Assembly: GCA_963841435.1 (NCBI GenBank)
Contig: CAWJCS010000004.1
Span: 800,001 to 864,000 of the forward strand
Length of the DNA stretch: 64,000 nt
Direction: 5' to 3'
Origin: an uncultured delta proteobacterium
Lineage (GTDB): Bacteria > Myxococcota_A > Polyangia > Polyangiales > Polyangiaceae
Numbering within the stretch: position 1 is the stretch's first letter; every line of letters begins with the position of its first letter. The notes below the pieces were generated by a model. It was not told the origin of the DNA, did no database searches, and saw nothing but the letters and a program-made list of their open reading frames with translations. This document shows positions 9,579 through 22,469 of the stretch, piece after piece. Both the position numbers and the translations under genes were made by a program.

Positions 9579-10604
9579 CTACTCCTTGGGTTCCTTCTGA
9601 GTTGCTCGTGCTTCGTTGATCATTCGACGGAGCTCCGAGACGGTGAGCCACCGGACCGGCGCTTCGCTCGAATAGCGGGGTGGCAGCGCGCCGTCCAATG
9701 CGGGCGTCGTCCCCCCGGGTTTCAGGTAGGGATGGTCACCGAAAGCAGCGAGCCGCGGCGCGTCCCCCTCGTCCCAGAGCAAGTCGAAGAGGCGCTCGCC
9801 TGGTCGCAGGCCCGTCACCTCCACGGGCGGCGGCCCGCTACCGCCACGCTCGAGCCAGACCGCCTCGGAAAGGTCGTCAATCCGGTAGGCGGGGTAGCGC
9901 GGCAGGAGCGTGGCGCCCGGAATTTCGACGGCCAGGTCGGCGCAGAGCCAGACGAGATCGACCGCTTCGGCGAGCGACAACGCGAAGCGCGTCATGCGGC
10001 GATCCGTCACGCGGATCGTGCCATTTTCTGCCAGCTGTCGGAAGAACAACAGCGCCGCCGAACCGCTCGAACCGATCACGTTCGAGCAGCGCAGGCACAC
10101 GAAGCGTGTGGACCCGAAGGTGTCGGCCTCGGCGAACAGTCGCTCCATCAGCGCCTTGGTCAGCCCGTAAACGCTGGCCGGCGAGCACGCCTTGTCCGTC
10201 GAGACGCCGACGACCCGCGCCACACCGGCCTCGACGGCCGCGCGCGCGACGTGAGTCGAGGCCGTGACGTTGGCCCGGACGGCATCGGCGACGTGGCGCT
10301 CGGCGACCGGCACCTGCTTCTCCGCGGCCGCATGGATGAGCGTGTCGATGCGCTCTTCGGCCAGCAACCGCGCCAGCGCCTGCCCGCCCGCAGGCGACCC
10401 CAGGTCGAGCGTGACGGCTCGAATGCCGGAGAGCTCGCGTTCGAGGGCCGCGCACTTTCCGGCATCGCGCGAGACGACCACGAGCCGCGCCGGCCAGCCT
10501 TCGCGATGCGCGCGGCCGAGCAACGCCCGTCCGAGCGATCCCGTGCCTCCCGTCACCAGGATGCGGCCCGAGCGCTGTGTCGAGGGGGAAGCCGGCGGCA
10601 CCAT
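9579..10604 (-). CDS. Second, more divergent PseB/CapD-family nucleotide-sugar dehydratase
   Basis: ILVTGGTGSLG, HAAAEKQVP, STDKA, YGLTK, MTRF, GLRPGE. Confidence 0.8.
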   Translation of the reverse strand: MVPPASPSTQRSGRILVTGGTGSLGRALLGRAHREGWPARLVVVSRDAGKCAALERELSGIRAVTLDLGSPAGGQALARLLAEERIDTLIHAAAEKQVPVAERHVADAVRANVTASTHVARAAVEAGVARVVGVSTDKACSPASVYGLTKALMERLFAEADTFGSTRFVCLRCSNVIGSSGSAALLFFRQLAENGTIRVTDRRMTRFALSLAEAVDLVWLCADLAVEIPGATLLPRYPAYRIDDLSEAVWLERGGSGPPPVEVTGLRPGERLFDLLWDEGDAPRLAAFGDHPYLKPGGTTPALDGALPPRYSSEAPVRWLTVSELRRMINEARATQKEPKE

Positions 10605-10608
10605 GGCG

Positions 10609-11694
10609 TCAGCGCGGCGGGGGAGCCGGGGAGGACGCGCTTGGTAGCGCTAGTGACGCGTCGATGACGCGCTCGGCGCCGCGGCCGTCGACGACGCGTT
10701 GCGCCCTCTCGCTCATCGCTTGCCGCGCGGCAGGTTCGAGTAGCGTGGCGCACGCCCGGGCCACGGCGTCGGCCGTGAGATCCAGTGGGCCTCCGGCGTG
10801 CAACGAGGCCCCCGTGGCCGTGAACGAGGTCGCCCACGGGACCTGGTGCGGCACGGTCGCGACGGTGACGGCAGGCGTGCCGCAGGCCGCCGCCTCGTAC
10901 TTGGTCACACCCGCCGAGACGACGGCAAGATCGGCCACCCGAAGCAGCGGGAAAATGGACGGAAGGCTGGTGTGCACTCGTATCGCATTGGAGCGGGGGA
11001 GCACGCCGGCATCCTTTAGCGCCGTCACGTCCTCCATGCCCGCGAGCAGGTCGATCTCGAGCCCGTCGCCGCACGCCGCGACCAGTCCGGCGAGCACCGG
11101 CGCGAGCAGCGTGGGCGCGACGACGCCGCCGCCCAGCGCGACGACCGCGCGCCCGGGAGCGCCGTCGTGTCGCCGAGACGGCGCGCCGGCGTATTCGCTG
11201 CCGAGAATCGCGTACGCGGGGCCCAGCAAAAACCGTGGGGCGAAGCGCTGGTCGTAGTCTTCGGGTCTCGCATCGCCCGCCGGGTTCACGAGCACCGCGT
11301 GCGGGAAGCGCGCCCGCGTCAAGTCGTCGATCACGATCGACGGTGCCAGGCGGGCGATTTCGCCGAGCAGCTCGGCGTACGCCCGGAGATCCCGCGTCTC
11401 GTCCGTATTGGAGAGGTCGACGACCGAAAGCTCGACACCCCGACGTGTTGCGATGTCTCGGCAGAGCCGAGCGTCGTCCGCGGGGCGGGCCCCGGGATCG
11501 AGCCCCACGAACTCGCAGCCGGCGCTCTCCATGCGCTGCCGGATCCGCGCGTCGTGAGTGCGGGCCACGGCGATCACGTGCGCGCCGCGCGCCAGGAGTC
11601 GTTGGGTCACGGCGAGCGCCCGAGTGACGTTTCCCATGCCGAGCTTCGCTGACCCGTCGGCGCGTGCGAGGACCACCTTGGGAAACGAGGTCAC
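10609..11694 (-). CDS. PseG/SpsG-family GT-B protein (UDP-sugar hydrolase-like)
   Basis: RADGSAKLGMGNVTR, IVIDD, LLGPAYAIL, SAGVTKYEAAACGTP, VDGRGAERV. Confidence 0.75.
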   Translation of the reverse strand: MTSFPKVVLARADGSAKLGMGNVTRALAVTQRLLARGAHVIAVARTHDARIRQRMESAGCEFVGLDPGARPADDARLCRDIATRRGVELSVVDLSNTDETRDLRAYAELLGEIARLAPSIVIDDLTRARFPHAVLVNPAGDARPEDYDQRFAPRFLLGPAYAILGSEYAGAPSRRHDGAPGRAVVALGGGVVAPTLLAPVLAGLVAACGDGLEIDLLAGMEDVTALKDAGVLPRSNAIRVHTSLPSIFPLLRVADLAVVSAGVTKYEAAACGTPAVTVATVPHQVPWATSFTATGASLHAGGPLDLTADAVARACATLLEPAARQAMSERAQRVVDGRGAERVIDASLALPSASSPAPPPR

Positions 11695-12449
11695 GGGTAG
11701 CCCCGCTGGCGGACGTGCTCGTTGATGGCGACGAGGTCCGGGCGCGCGTCGAAGAGCGCGGTGAGAGCCGCAGCGTCCGGCAGCGCCTCCCCCGGCCGAA
11801 ATAGCGCGTCGTAGAGCGCGGCGATGAGCTCGTAGTCCTCTTTCGTGTCCAGACTGAGCCGCGGGTGATGCGCGCCGAGGACGGGCCCGGTGCTCACACG
11901 CTCGACCCGGAAGTCGTGGCCCCGTGCGTAGAGGTAGGGCATGACGTGGGTCCGGTCGGACGCATCGACGGCTTCGCGCGCCGCGCGCTCGAGCGCCCCG
12001 GCGGACGCCACCTCGACCTCGAAGCCGTGGATGCACGAGGTATCGTCGGGCCAGTTGGCGCTCATGTTCGACGTGTAGTCGGCGTCGCTCGCGAGGTGGG
12101 CGAGAACGACGCGATCGACCAGCGACGGCAGGAGCAGCGGCTTGTCCGCGGGCATGCGCACCACGCAGTCGCCCGCGGCACTCTGCAGCGCACCGACGAA
12201 CCGCCCGAGCACGTCGTCGAGCGAGCCGCGATGAAGGGCAACGCCCCAGCGTGTGCAGGCAGCGGCGATGGCGTCGTCGCTCGTCTCCACGCTGGTCGCG
12301 ACGACGACGGCGCCCACGCTCTTACAGCGCTTCAAACGCTCGACGATGTGCCACAGAACCGGCCGGCCGGCCAATGGAAGCAGAACCTTACCGGGAAGCC
12401 GCTTGGACGACATGCGGGCTTGGATGACGGCAACGACTCTCGGCGGCAC
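11691..12449 (-). CDS. PseF/SpsF-family acylneuraminate-type cytidylyltransferase
   Basis: IQARMSSKRLPGKVL, HRGSLDDVLGRF, RLSLDTKEDY; start position uncertain. Confidence 0.8.
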   Translation of the reverse strand: MPPRVVAVIQARMSSKRLPGKVLLPLAGRPVLWHIVERLKRCKSVGAVVVATSVETSDDAIAAACTRWGVALHRGSLDDVLGRFVGALQSAAGDCVVRMPADKPLLLPSLVDRVVLAHLASDADYTSNMSANWPDDTSCIHGFEVEVASAGALERAAREAVDASDRTHVMPYLYARGHDFRVERVSTGPVLGAHHPRLSLDTKEDYELIAALYDALFRPGEALPDAAALTALFDARPDLVAINEHVRQRGYP

Positions 12450-12704
12450 GGTGATGCTCCCGAGCGCGTCGCCCGGGCCCGGCAGGCTACATACCACGAG
12501 CGCCCAGGGGCCCCTCGGGTCCGCCGGGCGCGCTCGACGCGGGGCGCGGCCCATGGCAGAAGCGCCCGCCTAGGCCGAGCTAACGGCTCGCGTTCAGCCC
12601 GCCGAGACCGAGGCGAAAAGGGTCGCCCGCCGGCGCTACGAGTCGCGAGCTTCTCGCCCGGCCGGGGCACGATAGAGCTGCGGAGAACACATGAGCTTCA
12701 ACCT

Positions 12705-14000
12705 GCATGCCCTCGTAGCCGGCGTAGGCGTGGTGGCGCTCCTGGTTGATGTCGAGCCAGGGCGTGCGGGTCTTCAGCGCGACGAACTGGGTGCGCCCGC
12801 CGGACATCAGAATGTCGGCCTCGCCGCCCGCCAGCATGCGCCACAGCTCCTTCGGCGGGATTCGTCGACCATTGGTGCATCGTCGCCCATGATCTGGCGG
12901 ATGCGGTCCTTGTCCTCGTCTGTCGACTTGCGGACCGAGGTCGAGACGACGGTCATGCCGAGTTCCTGCAGGGCACCGATCATCGCCCACGACTTGACGC
13001 CGCCGGTGTAAAGCAGCACCCGCCGGCCTTCGAGGCGGGCGCGGTAGGGGCCGAGGGCGGTCGTCGCCTTCAGCGCTTCCTCCGCGGTCACCGCCTCGGC
13101 GCGGGCGAGCAGGTCCGCCGGCGCGCCGCGCTCGACCAGCATGCGGGCGAGGGTCAAAGCGAGGCCGTCGTCCCGCCGATGCCGTAGAACGAGCCCTCGA
13201 AGAACGGGATGCCGAAGCGCGCCTCCAACTTGCGGGCGAGCGAGACCAGCGCCTGGCTGCAGACGACCATGTTGACGCGCGCCCGATGCGCGGTGCAGAC
13301 GTCGGCGTAGCGGGCGTCGCCGGTGATCGAGGCGAGGATGCGGATGCCGATGCGAGCGAGGAGCGGGCGGATTTGCCCGATCTCGCCGGCGACGTTGTAT
13401 TCGCCCAAGAGGTTGATGTCGAAGGGGGTGGAGGTCTCCGGCTCGCGGGTGCCGATGACGTGGTCGAGCAGGGCGTCGCCGGCGAGCTTGTTGCCGAAGT
13501 TCTTTGATCCGGCGAACCCCGGCGCCGTTCACCGGGATGACCGGCGTCGAGAGCCGCTTCGCCGCTTCCGCGCACACTGCGTCGACGTGCTCGCCAGTCA
13601 GGGCCGGCACGCAGGTGACGTAGACGAAGACGGCGGGCGGCCGGAAGCGCTCGATGATCTCCTTGATCGCCCGGTAGAGCTTCTTCTCGGCGCCGTGGAT
13701 GATGTCGAGCTCGGAAAGGTCGGTGGTGAAGCCGGACCGGTAGAGGGTGGGGCCGGTGGAGCCGACGTTGCGGCTGTTCCAGCTGTTGCCTTCGCAGGCG
13801 ATCGGGCCGTGGACGAGATGTGCCGCATCGGTGATCGGCTGCAGGGCGATCTTGGCGCCGTCGAAGGCACAGCCGCCGGCGGCGGCGCCGGGGGTGAGCG
13901 TCTTCGCCGAGCAGCCTGCTTTCCGCTCCTTCGCCGTCTTCGCCTGATTGACGGCGCAGCCGGGCTCGTCGAACGCCTTCGTCAGCTTGTCGGTCAGCAT
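12705..14000 (-). CDS. nifE: Nitrogenase FeMo-cofactor scaffold NifE; frameshifted, 3' end cut at the segment junction
   Basis: TPGAAAGGCAFDGAKIALQPITD, GEYNVAGE, LYTGGVKSW, PWLDINQERHHAYAGYEGM spread over several frames. Confidence 0.9.
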
Positions 14001-14040
14001 CCGGCCCTCCCGATAGGCTCCGTCGGCCGAGGTAGGATCC

Positions 14041-14119
14041 CCGCGTGACGACGCCGTCCGGGCGCGAGAGGAGAGGGACGGACGGCGCGCACGCGGAGAC
14101 GCGGAGCCATGACGGCTCC
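14041..14119 (-). terminator. Two intergenic stem-loops between the nifK stop and nifE
   Basis: CCGCGTG..CGCCGTCCG / CGGACGGCG..CACGCGG (14041-14096) and GGAGCC-N5-GGCTCC (14103-14119); no clear U-tract. Confidence 0.45.
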
Positions 14120-14234
14120 TAGCGGGTGAGATCGAACGAGATGTCGGTCTCGCCCGCCGTGTCGGTTGCCCGATCGAGATCATCGAAGATGCGGTCGAGG
14201 ATGCGGACCAGCACCTGCAGTCCCCCCTGGTAGC

Positions 14235-14235
<1 letters not shown>
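14119..14235 (-). pseudogene. nifK: nifK 3' remnant (last 38 codons)
   Basis: Manual translation GYQGGLQVLVRILDRIFDDLDRATDTAGETDISFDLTR* resembles the alphaproteobacterial NifK C-terminus; lies directly upstream of nifE. Confidence 0.85.
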
Positions 14236-15299
<1,064 letters not shown>

Positions 15300-15353
15300 T
15301 TACACTCCTCTCGCTTGGGAAACGGGTGGGCGTGACGCCCTTGCCGGTTGAAT

Positions 15354-15369
15354 TGCAAGGCCTGTGCCA
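15354..15369 (-). promoter_or_regulatory. Sigma-54 -24/-12 promoter of nifH
   Basis: Minus strand TGGCACAGGCCTTGCA. Confidence 0.9.
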
Positions 15370-15452
15370 CCGCCTCGCCAGCGCAAAAGCGGCTCGTATT
15401 AGCAACAGTTAGCGCCTGGAACCCGGGCTGTTGCCGGCGCCGCCGCAGCGGC

Positions 15453-15497
15453 TGTTGCGAAGCCGACAATCCGCGACACTCTGTCCGAACCGGTACA
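15453..15497. promoter_or_regulatory. Two NifA upstream activator sites (TGT-N10-ACA)
   Basis: TGT-TGCGAAGCCG-ACA at 15453-15468 and TGT-CCGAACCGGT-ACA at 15482-15497. Confidence 0.85.
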
Positions 15498-15628
15498 GCG
15501 CCGGACGCCGGGGAGCTGCGGGCCGGCTCCGGTTTCGGTCCGCCCGCAGCGGCTCGTTCGCGCCCGCAGAGTTGGCCCGGCGCTTGCTTTAAGCGCGGTC
15601 AGGGGTTTCGGAAAAAACGGGCGTGACG

Positions 15629-16465
15629 ATGGAAACGACGACGGAAGCAGCGGGCGTATGGCGGCGGGGTGGCGGCACCAACCTGATCGGGGTGCCCGTC
15701 CGCCGTGTTCGCCAGCACCGCCTTCAATGCCGATGCTCCGCCCGTGCACATCGCCGGCACCCGCGAGATGAACCGCGACCTGTTCCGCATGCTCGCCGGC
15801 GCCGGGTCGATCGCCGAGGCCGCCGACATTTTCTCCGCCTACACGGCGCGATGTTCGGCCTCGCCGCCGAGCCGCGGCGCGGATAAGCCCGAAGAAGGCG
15901 CGGCCGCCCGGCGCTATCGCACCGGCTATCTGCGGCTGCTGCGCGGCTGGGCGTACGATTCCAACAGCCCGGAGGGGGCGGTGCTGAAGGGCTGGGTGGA
16001 AAGCCGGTTCGGCCTGATGCCGACCTATCACAAGCAGCCGCTCACCCATTTCACCGTCGCCGGCCTGGGCCAGATACGTCGAGGAGAAGATCGGCAGCCG
16101 CTTCCATAACAACGCCATCACGAGCCAGCTCGACCTTCTCTACGAATACGCCCAGTGGGTGCGGAGGCCGGTTCTATCCGGAGGAGCGGCTGCTCCGGCT
16201 CTATCGCGGCGTCAACGATTTCGACGAGCATCCGATCGTCGAGCGGCGGACGAAGCGGCAGGTGGTGGTCCGCCTCAACAACCTCGTCTCGTTCACCTGC
16301 GAGCGGGACATGGCGACGTGGTTCGGCGACTACATCCTCGAAGCCGATGTTCCGGCGGTGAAGGTTCTCTTCTTCAACGCGTTACTCCCCCGGCATGCGC
16401 TCAAGGGAGAAGGCGAGGTGCTGGTGATCGGCGGCGACTACCTCGTCACCGCATCCTGCTACTGA
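15629..16465 (+). CDS. draT: Dinitrogenase reductase ADP-ribosyltransferase (frameshifted)
   Basis: YLRLLRGWAYDSNSPEGAVLKGWVESRFGLMPTYHK, LYRGVND, LNNLVSF, KGEGEVLVIGG; divergent from nifH. Confidence 0.9.
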
Positions 16466-16478
16466 ACGTATTGGCCGA

Positions 16479-17417
16479 ATGACGTCGCCCCGTCCTCTCG
16501 TTTGCGACCGATGCCGGGATTTCCGACCGGGCGCTCGGCGCCTATCTGGGCTTTGCCATCGGCGATGCCCTCGGCGCCACCGTCGAATTCATGACGCCGG
16601 CGGAGATCGCCCGCCAGTACGGCGTGCATACGCGGATGATCGGCGGCGGCTGGCTGAAGCTGGAAGCGGGTCAGGTCACCGACGATACCGAAATGACGCT
16701 CTGCGTCGGCCGCGCTATCGTGCGGTGCCGGCGGCTGGGATCTGAAAGCCGTCTGCGAGGAATTCGCCCAATGGCTGAAGCGGGTGCCGGTCGACGTCGG
16801 CAATACCGTCCGTCGCGGCATCCGCCGGTATATCGTCGACGGGACGATGGCGGCGCCGCCCAGTGACGGCGACGGCGGCAACGGCGCCTGCATGCGCAAT
16901 CTGCCGGTCGCGCTGGCGACGCTCGGCCGTCCGGACGATTTCCAAGACGTGGACGCTGCAGCAGTGCCACGTCACCCACAATCACCCGCTGTCGGACGCG
17001 GCGGCGCTCGCTCTCGGCCGGATGGTCCAGCGTCTGGTGCTGGGCGGCGGCGTCACCGCCTGCCGGGAAGAGGCGAAGGCGCTCGTTGCGGCGCATCCGG
17101 GCTTCCGCTTCGAGCGCTATCGCGGGCCGTGCTCCGCCTATATCGTCGATACCGTCCGCACCGTCCTCAAAAACTACTTTCTCACCGACTCGATCCGTAC
17201 CTGCGTCACCGAGACGGTGAACATGGGAGGCGACGCCGACACCGCCGGCGCCTTTGCCGGGATGCTGGCCGGCGCCACCTACGGGGCCGCCACATTGCCG
17301 GAAGGCTGGCTCCGGCGGCTCAATCCCGCCATCGGCAAGGAGATCTCGGCGCAGGTTCCGCAGATCCTCGCCATCGCCGACCGGCGGCGGCGGGCGCCAT
17401 GCGGCAAAGATTCTTGA
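16479..17417 (+). CDS. draG: ADP-ribosyl-dinitrogenase reductase glycohydrolase (frameshifted)
   Basis: GDALGATVEFM, GQVTDDTEM, VDVGNT, GNGACMRNLP, THNHPLSD, GGDADT. Confidence 0.9.
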
Positions 17418-17471
17418 TGGACGCCGGTGAAGTAATCCGGGAGCGATGGGAACGACTTGTGTTGTCTGCTG

Positions 17472-17681
17472 CTAGGTGTTGAGGCGGAAGCCGACTTTGA
17501 GGACGACCTGGTAGGAGCTGACCTTGCCGTTCTCGACCTGGCCGCGGAGTTCCTGAACCTCAAACCAGGTCAGGTTGTCAGGGTTGAACCCGCCGCTGCG
17601 ATGGCGTTGTCGATGGCGGCCGAAATGCTGGTCCGGCGAAGTCCCGACGAGTTCGACTTTTTTGAAGACGCTGTTCTGCAT
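17472..17681 (-). CDS. Dodecin flavin-binding protein (compensating indels in the middle)
   Basis: VFKKVELVGTS...WFEVQELRGQVENGKVSSYQVVLKVGFRL. Confidence 0.85.
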   Translation of the reverse strand: MQNSVFKKVELVGTSPDQHFGRHRQRHRSGGFNPDNLTWFEVQELRGQVENGKVSSYQVVLKVGFRLNT

Positions 17682-17827
17682 GGGGTTATTCCTTGGCCGC
17701 TGAGACAGGGGTTTCCGACACATGGCGGGATGCGCAGCCGAGGTCAATGGCCGCAGCCGAAAGCACCTGAAGGCACTGCAAGGTCACAGAGGCCGCCAGC
17801 GGGCGGCACCGCCTCGCCGGGCGCCTC

Positions 17828-18038
17828 TCAGTCGCCCGAAATGCGGCGCGCCTCGACCGTCAACGGCAGCCGGGTGTCGGCGGCCAGTGTCCGGCATCGC
17901 GAAGCGCCAGCCGTTCGCGAGTTCGATCCAGCCACCCCACAACTCCGATCGTTCGCGGGCGACGACCGGCTGTTCCAGATCCTTCTTGGCGACGTAGAGC
18001 GAATACTGCTCGCCGCGTCGCGCCAGGGTCACCTTCAT
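17828..18038 (-). CDS. nifT: NifT/FixU
   Basis: MKVTL..YVAKKDLEQPVV..WGGWIELANGWRF, continuing in another frame as RLPLTVEARR. Confidence 0.85.
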
Positions 18039-18347
18039 CCTGCGCCTCCGCCGCCGCTCGTTTCCGACCGGTTCCAGTTCGCCCTGGCGCATGCCGACGA
18101 TCCGGCCGCGTTCGTAGAAGTCGACGGCATAGATGTAGTAGCGCTGCAGAAACTCGCCGATCGACTGGATATAGCCGACGTCACCGGCATCGATCAGCAC
18201 CGTGCCCCGCGCCAGACCGGGATAGGTGCCGTCGTTGCGGACGCTGTGCAGCGCCCGGACCTTCTGACCCGGCTCGAACGTCGGCGGATCGAAGGTCTCG
18301 ATCGGCGCCGGCGTCACCGCAGCCGCCGCCGGCGGCGGTGACGGCAT
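18035..18347 (-). CDS. nifZ: NifZ
   Basis: GQKVRA..VRNDGTYPG..GDVGYI.SIGEFLQ..YAVDF..GRIVGMR..EL. Confidence 0.88.
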
Positions 18348-18362
18348 CGATTGTCGCGCGCG

Positions 18363-18555
18363 TCATCCACGGACGATGGTGTCGGCCGGGCAGGACGCCA
18401 CACACTGAGGCTCGTCGAATTGGCCGCTTGCATTCGGTACAACGGGCCGCGTTGATCACGCAGACGTCGCCCTTCATGCTGATTGCGTTATTGGGGCATC
18501 CGAACTCGCACGAACCGCAGCCGGTGCAACCGGATGGATCGATCTTGTAGGCCAT
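18363..18555 (-). CDS. fdxN: Nif-specific 2[4Fe-4S] ferredoxin (frameshifted)
   Basis: MAYKI..CTGCGSCEFGCP..CTECxGQFDEPQCVASCP; directly after nifB. Confidence 0.8.
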
Positions 18556-18651
18556 CGACGATACTCCAATCGTCTGGTCGTCCGGCCAGCGGCCGGACGA
18601 CGGGGTCGAGGCCCGGCCTTGAGCGGACGGGCCGGAATGTCCGGCTCGGAC

Positions 18652-20165
18652 TCAAGCGCAGCGTCCGGCCGTCCGCGCCGAAGTCGTCGCGAACACCGCC
18701 GCGAGATGGTGGGCGATCGCGGTCTCGATGTATTCGAAGGCGTAGGCCTCGCTTACGATGATCCCGGCCGCGGCCAGCGCATCCGACGGACAGCGCCCGA
18801 TTTTCGCGCACAGGACGATCGAGACCCCTCGAGGGCGGCGATCGTTGCCGCCAGCACATCATCGTCGCCATCGCCGCCCGGCAGTAGCGCTCGATCCGGC
18901 GATGGCCGACGAAGCGGATGCCGTCGGCATCGGCGGCGAAGATCTTGAATTCATCGGCATGGCCGAAGTGCTGGTTGACCCGGCCGCCGCCCTTGCTGCA
19001 GGCCGCGATCAGGACAGGCTCGGCAAGCCCGAGGCTGCGGACGACGGCGGCGGCATCGGCGGCCTCGTCGCCCTTGTCTTCGCGTTCGCGGGCGACGACG
19101 GCGCGATAGGCCGTCCGTTCGGCCTCGCTCGCACGGACGGCTTCGGCATCGGTCTCCGGCAGCGATCGCAGTGCAAACTCGCTTCCGCGGTCCTCGCCGA
19201 GCAGGCCGACGGCATCGGCCCGGCACTGCCGGCAATGCCGCATCAGCCGGGCATCGCCACCAAGCCGGTCCTGCGCCGCCTGCAGCTCCGCCGGCGTCGG
19301 CCCGCGCTGGCCGGTGAGGCCGTAGTGCGGTGCCGTGCCGGGGATCGGAGATCAGCGGCATGATGTTGTGCAGGAAGGCGCCGCGACGGCGGACCTCGGC
19401 GTTGACCTCGGCGAGATGCAGATCGTTGATGCCGGGGATCAGGACCGAGTTGACCTTGACCAGCACGCCGCGCCGCGACCAGCGCGTCGAGGCCGGCGCA
19501 GCTGCCGGTCGCGCAGCACCGTCGCCGCCTCCAGCCCGGTCAGCCGGCGATGGCTCAAAGAACACCCACGGCGTAGATGCGGGCGCCGATTTCGGGGTCG
19601 ATGGCGTTGATGGTGATGGTGACGTGATCGATGCCGAGCTCGCTGATCGTCGTCGACGTGATCGGGCAGGGCGAGGCCGTTGGTCGAGAGACAGAGCTTG
19701 AGATCGGGCAGTTCCTCGCGCAGACCGGCGGAAGGTGGCGAAGGTGTGCCGGTGATCGGCGAGCGCGTCGCCCGGTCCGGCGATGCCGACGACCGACAGT
19801 TCCGGCATCCGTTTCGGCGACGGCCAGCACCTTCCTGACGCCGTCGCTCCGGCGACAGCCGCTCGCTGACGACACCCGGGCGGCTCTCGTTGGCGCAGTC
19901 GTACTTGCGGTTGCAGTAGTGGCACTGGATGTTGCACGCCGGCGCCACCGCCACGTGCATGCGGGCGAAGTAGTGGTGGGCGTCCTCGTTGTAGCAGGGG
20001 TGGTCCTCGATGCGGGCGAGGATGTCGGGCGGCAACGTCTGCGCGGGTCGGCGCCTGATCGCAGCCCTGGGAGGACGGGCAGCCGGCGCGTTTCGGACTC
20101 GCCGCTGCCGCGGCGGTGGACGTGCGCTGGAGCAGATCGTCGAGCGAGATGACCGTGCGGCCCAC
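18652..20165 (-). CDS. nifB: FeMo-cofactor biosynthesis radical SAM protein NifB with NifX-like C-terminal domain (multiple frameshifts)
   Basis: [71 protein letters not shown]. Confidence 0.93.
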
Positions 20166-20226
20166 CGGCGTCTCCTTTTGCGTTCCGTTCGACGCAGCGA
20201 CGGTCGCGGCGTCGGCGGATCATCTG

Positions 20227-20242
20227 TGCAAGGCGCGGGCCA
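20227..20242 (-). promoter_or_regulatory. Sigma-54 promoter of nifB
   Basis: Minus strand TGGCCCGCGCCTTGCA. Confidence 0.8.
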
Positions 20243-20301
20243 GCGGCACATCCTATTGAATTAAGCGGAAGAAATTGGGAGATCACCGGGTCCGCGGCGT
20301 C

Positions 20302-20336
20302 TGTCCGGTCCGCGACAGCCTGTCGGAAAGCCGACA
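20302..20336. promoter_or_regulatory. Two NifA sites upstream of nifB
   Basis: TGT-CCGGTCCGCG-ACA at 20302-20317 and TGT-CGGAAAGCCG-ACA at 20321-20336. Confidence 0.85.
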
Positions 20337-20346
20337 GCCGCAGGCC

Positions 20347-22066
<1,720 letters not shown>

Positions 22067-22191
22067 CGCCGGCCTCGCAGAAGGATTACAGTTCGCCGGA
22101 ATGGCAGGGTTCTATCAACTCTCTGGGCGAAGCGCGGCCGGTCTCGTCTGCCATGACGCGCCGGTTTATCTGAAAAGTCACCTCCTATTGG

Positions 22192-22207
22192 AGCAAAAGA
22201 CGTGCCA
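22192..22207 (-). promoter_or_regulatory. Sigma-54 promoter of nifA
   Basis: Minus strand TGGCACGTCTTTTGCT. Confidence 0.8.
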
Positions 22208-22314
22208 TGCGGCGCCGTTCCAGTTTCGTCCCGTCCGGCAGTGAGCTTAGCCGGTTGCTGTGGAAAAGAAGCCGGAGATCGCGCTGATCAAAGCATGGCC
22301 ACTGGCGTCCGCCG

Positions 22315-22331
22315 TGCCCAAGCGTTGCGCA
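22315..22331. promoter_or_regulatory. Possible NtrC-type site upstream of the nifA promoter
   Basis: TGCCCAA-GCG-TTGCGCA, a degenerate match to TGCACCA-N3-TGGTGCA about 110 bp upstream of the -24 element. Confidence 0.35.
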
Positions 22332-22469
22332 TGCGCAGCGATGGAGCGAACGGCGGCGGGCACCTGCCGATCAAGACCGGCGCGGCCTTACCCTCAACTG
22401 GGGGTAGTGGCGCCACTCTGGCGCGACAACGAGAACCGGCGAAGTCGCCCCGATCAGGAAAGAGTCAGA

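Noticed and set aside
17784-18347. Apparent in-frame NifZ-NifT fusion in the ORF track
   Set aside because: The linker reads RRRRRR, an off-frame reading of GGC repeats, and an ATGA overlap is present at the nifT start; a one-base error explains it
22087-22154. Short upstream ORF (MADETGRASPRELIEPCHSGEL) in the nifA leader
   Set aside because: No convincing RBS or regulatory codon pattern; could be chance or a frameshifted NifA extension
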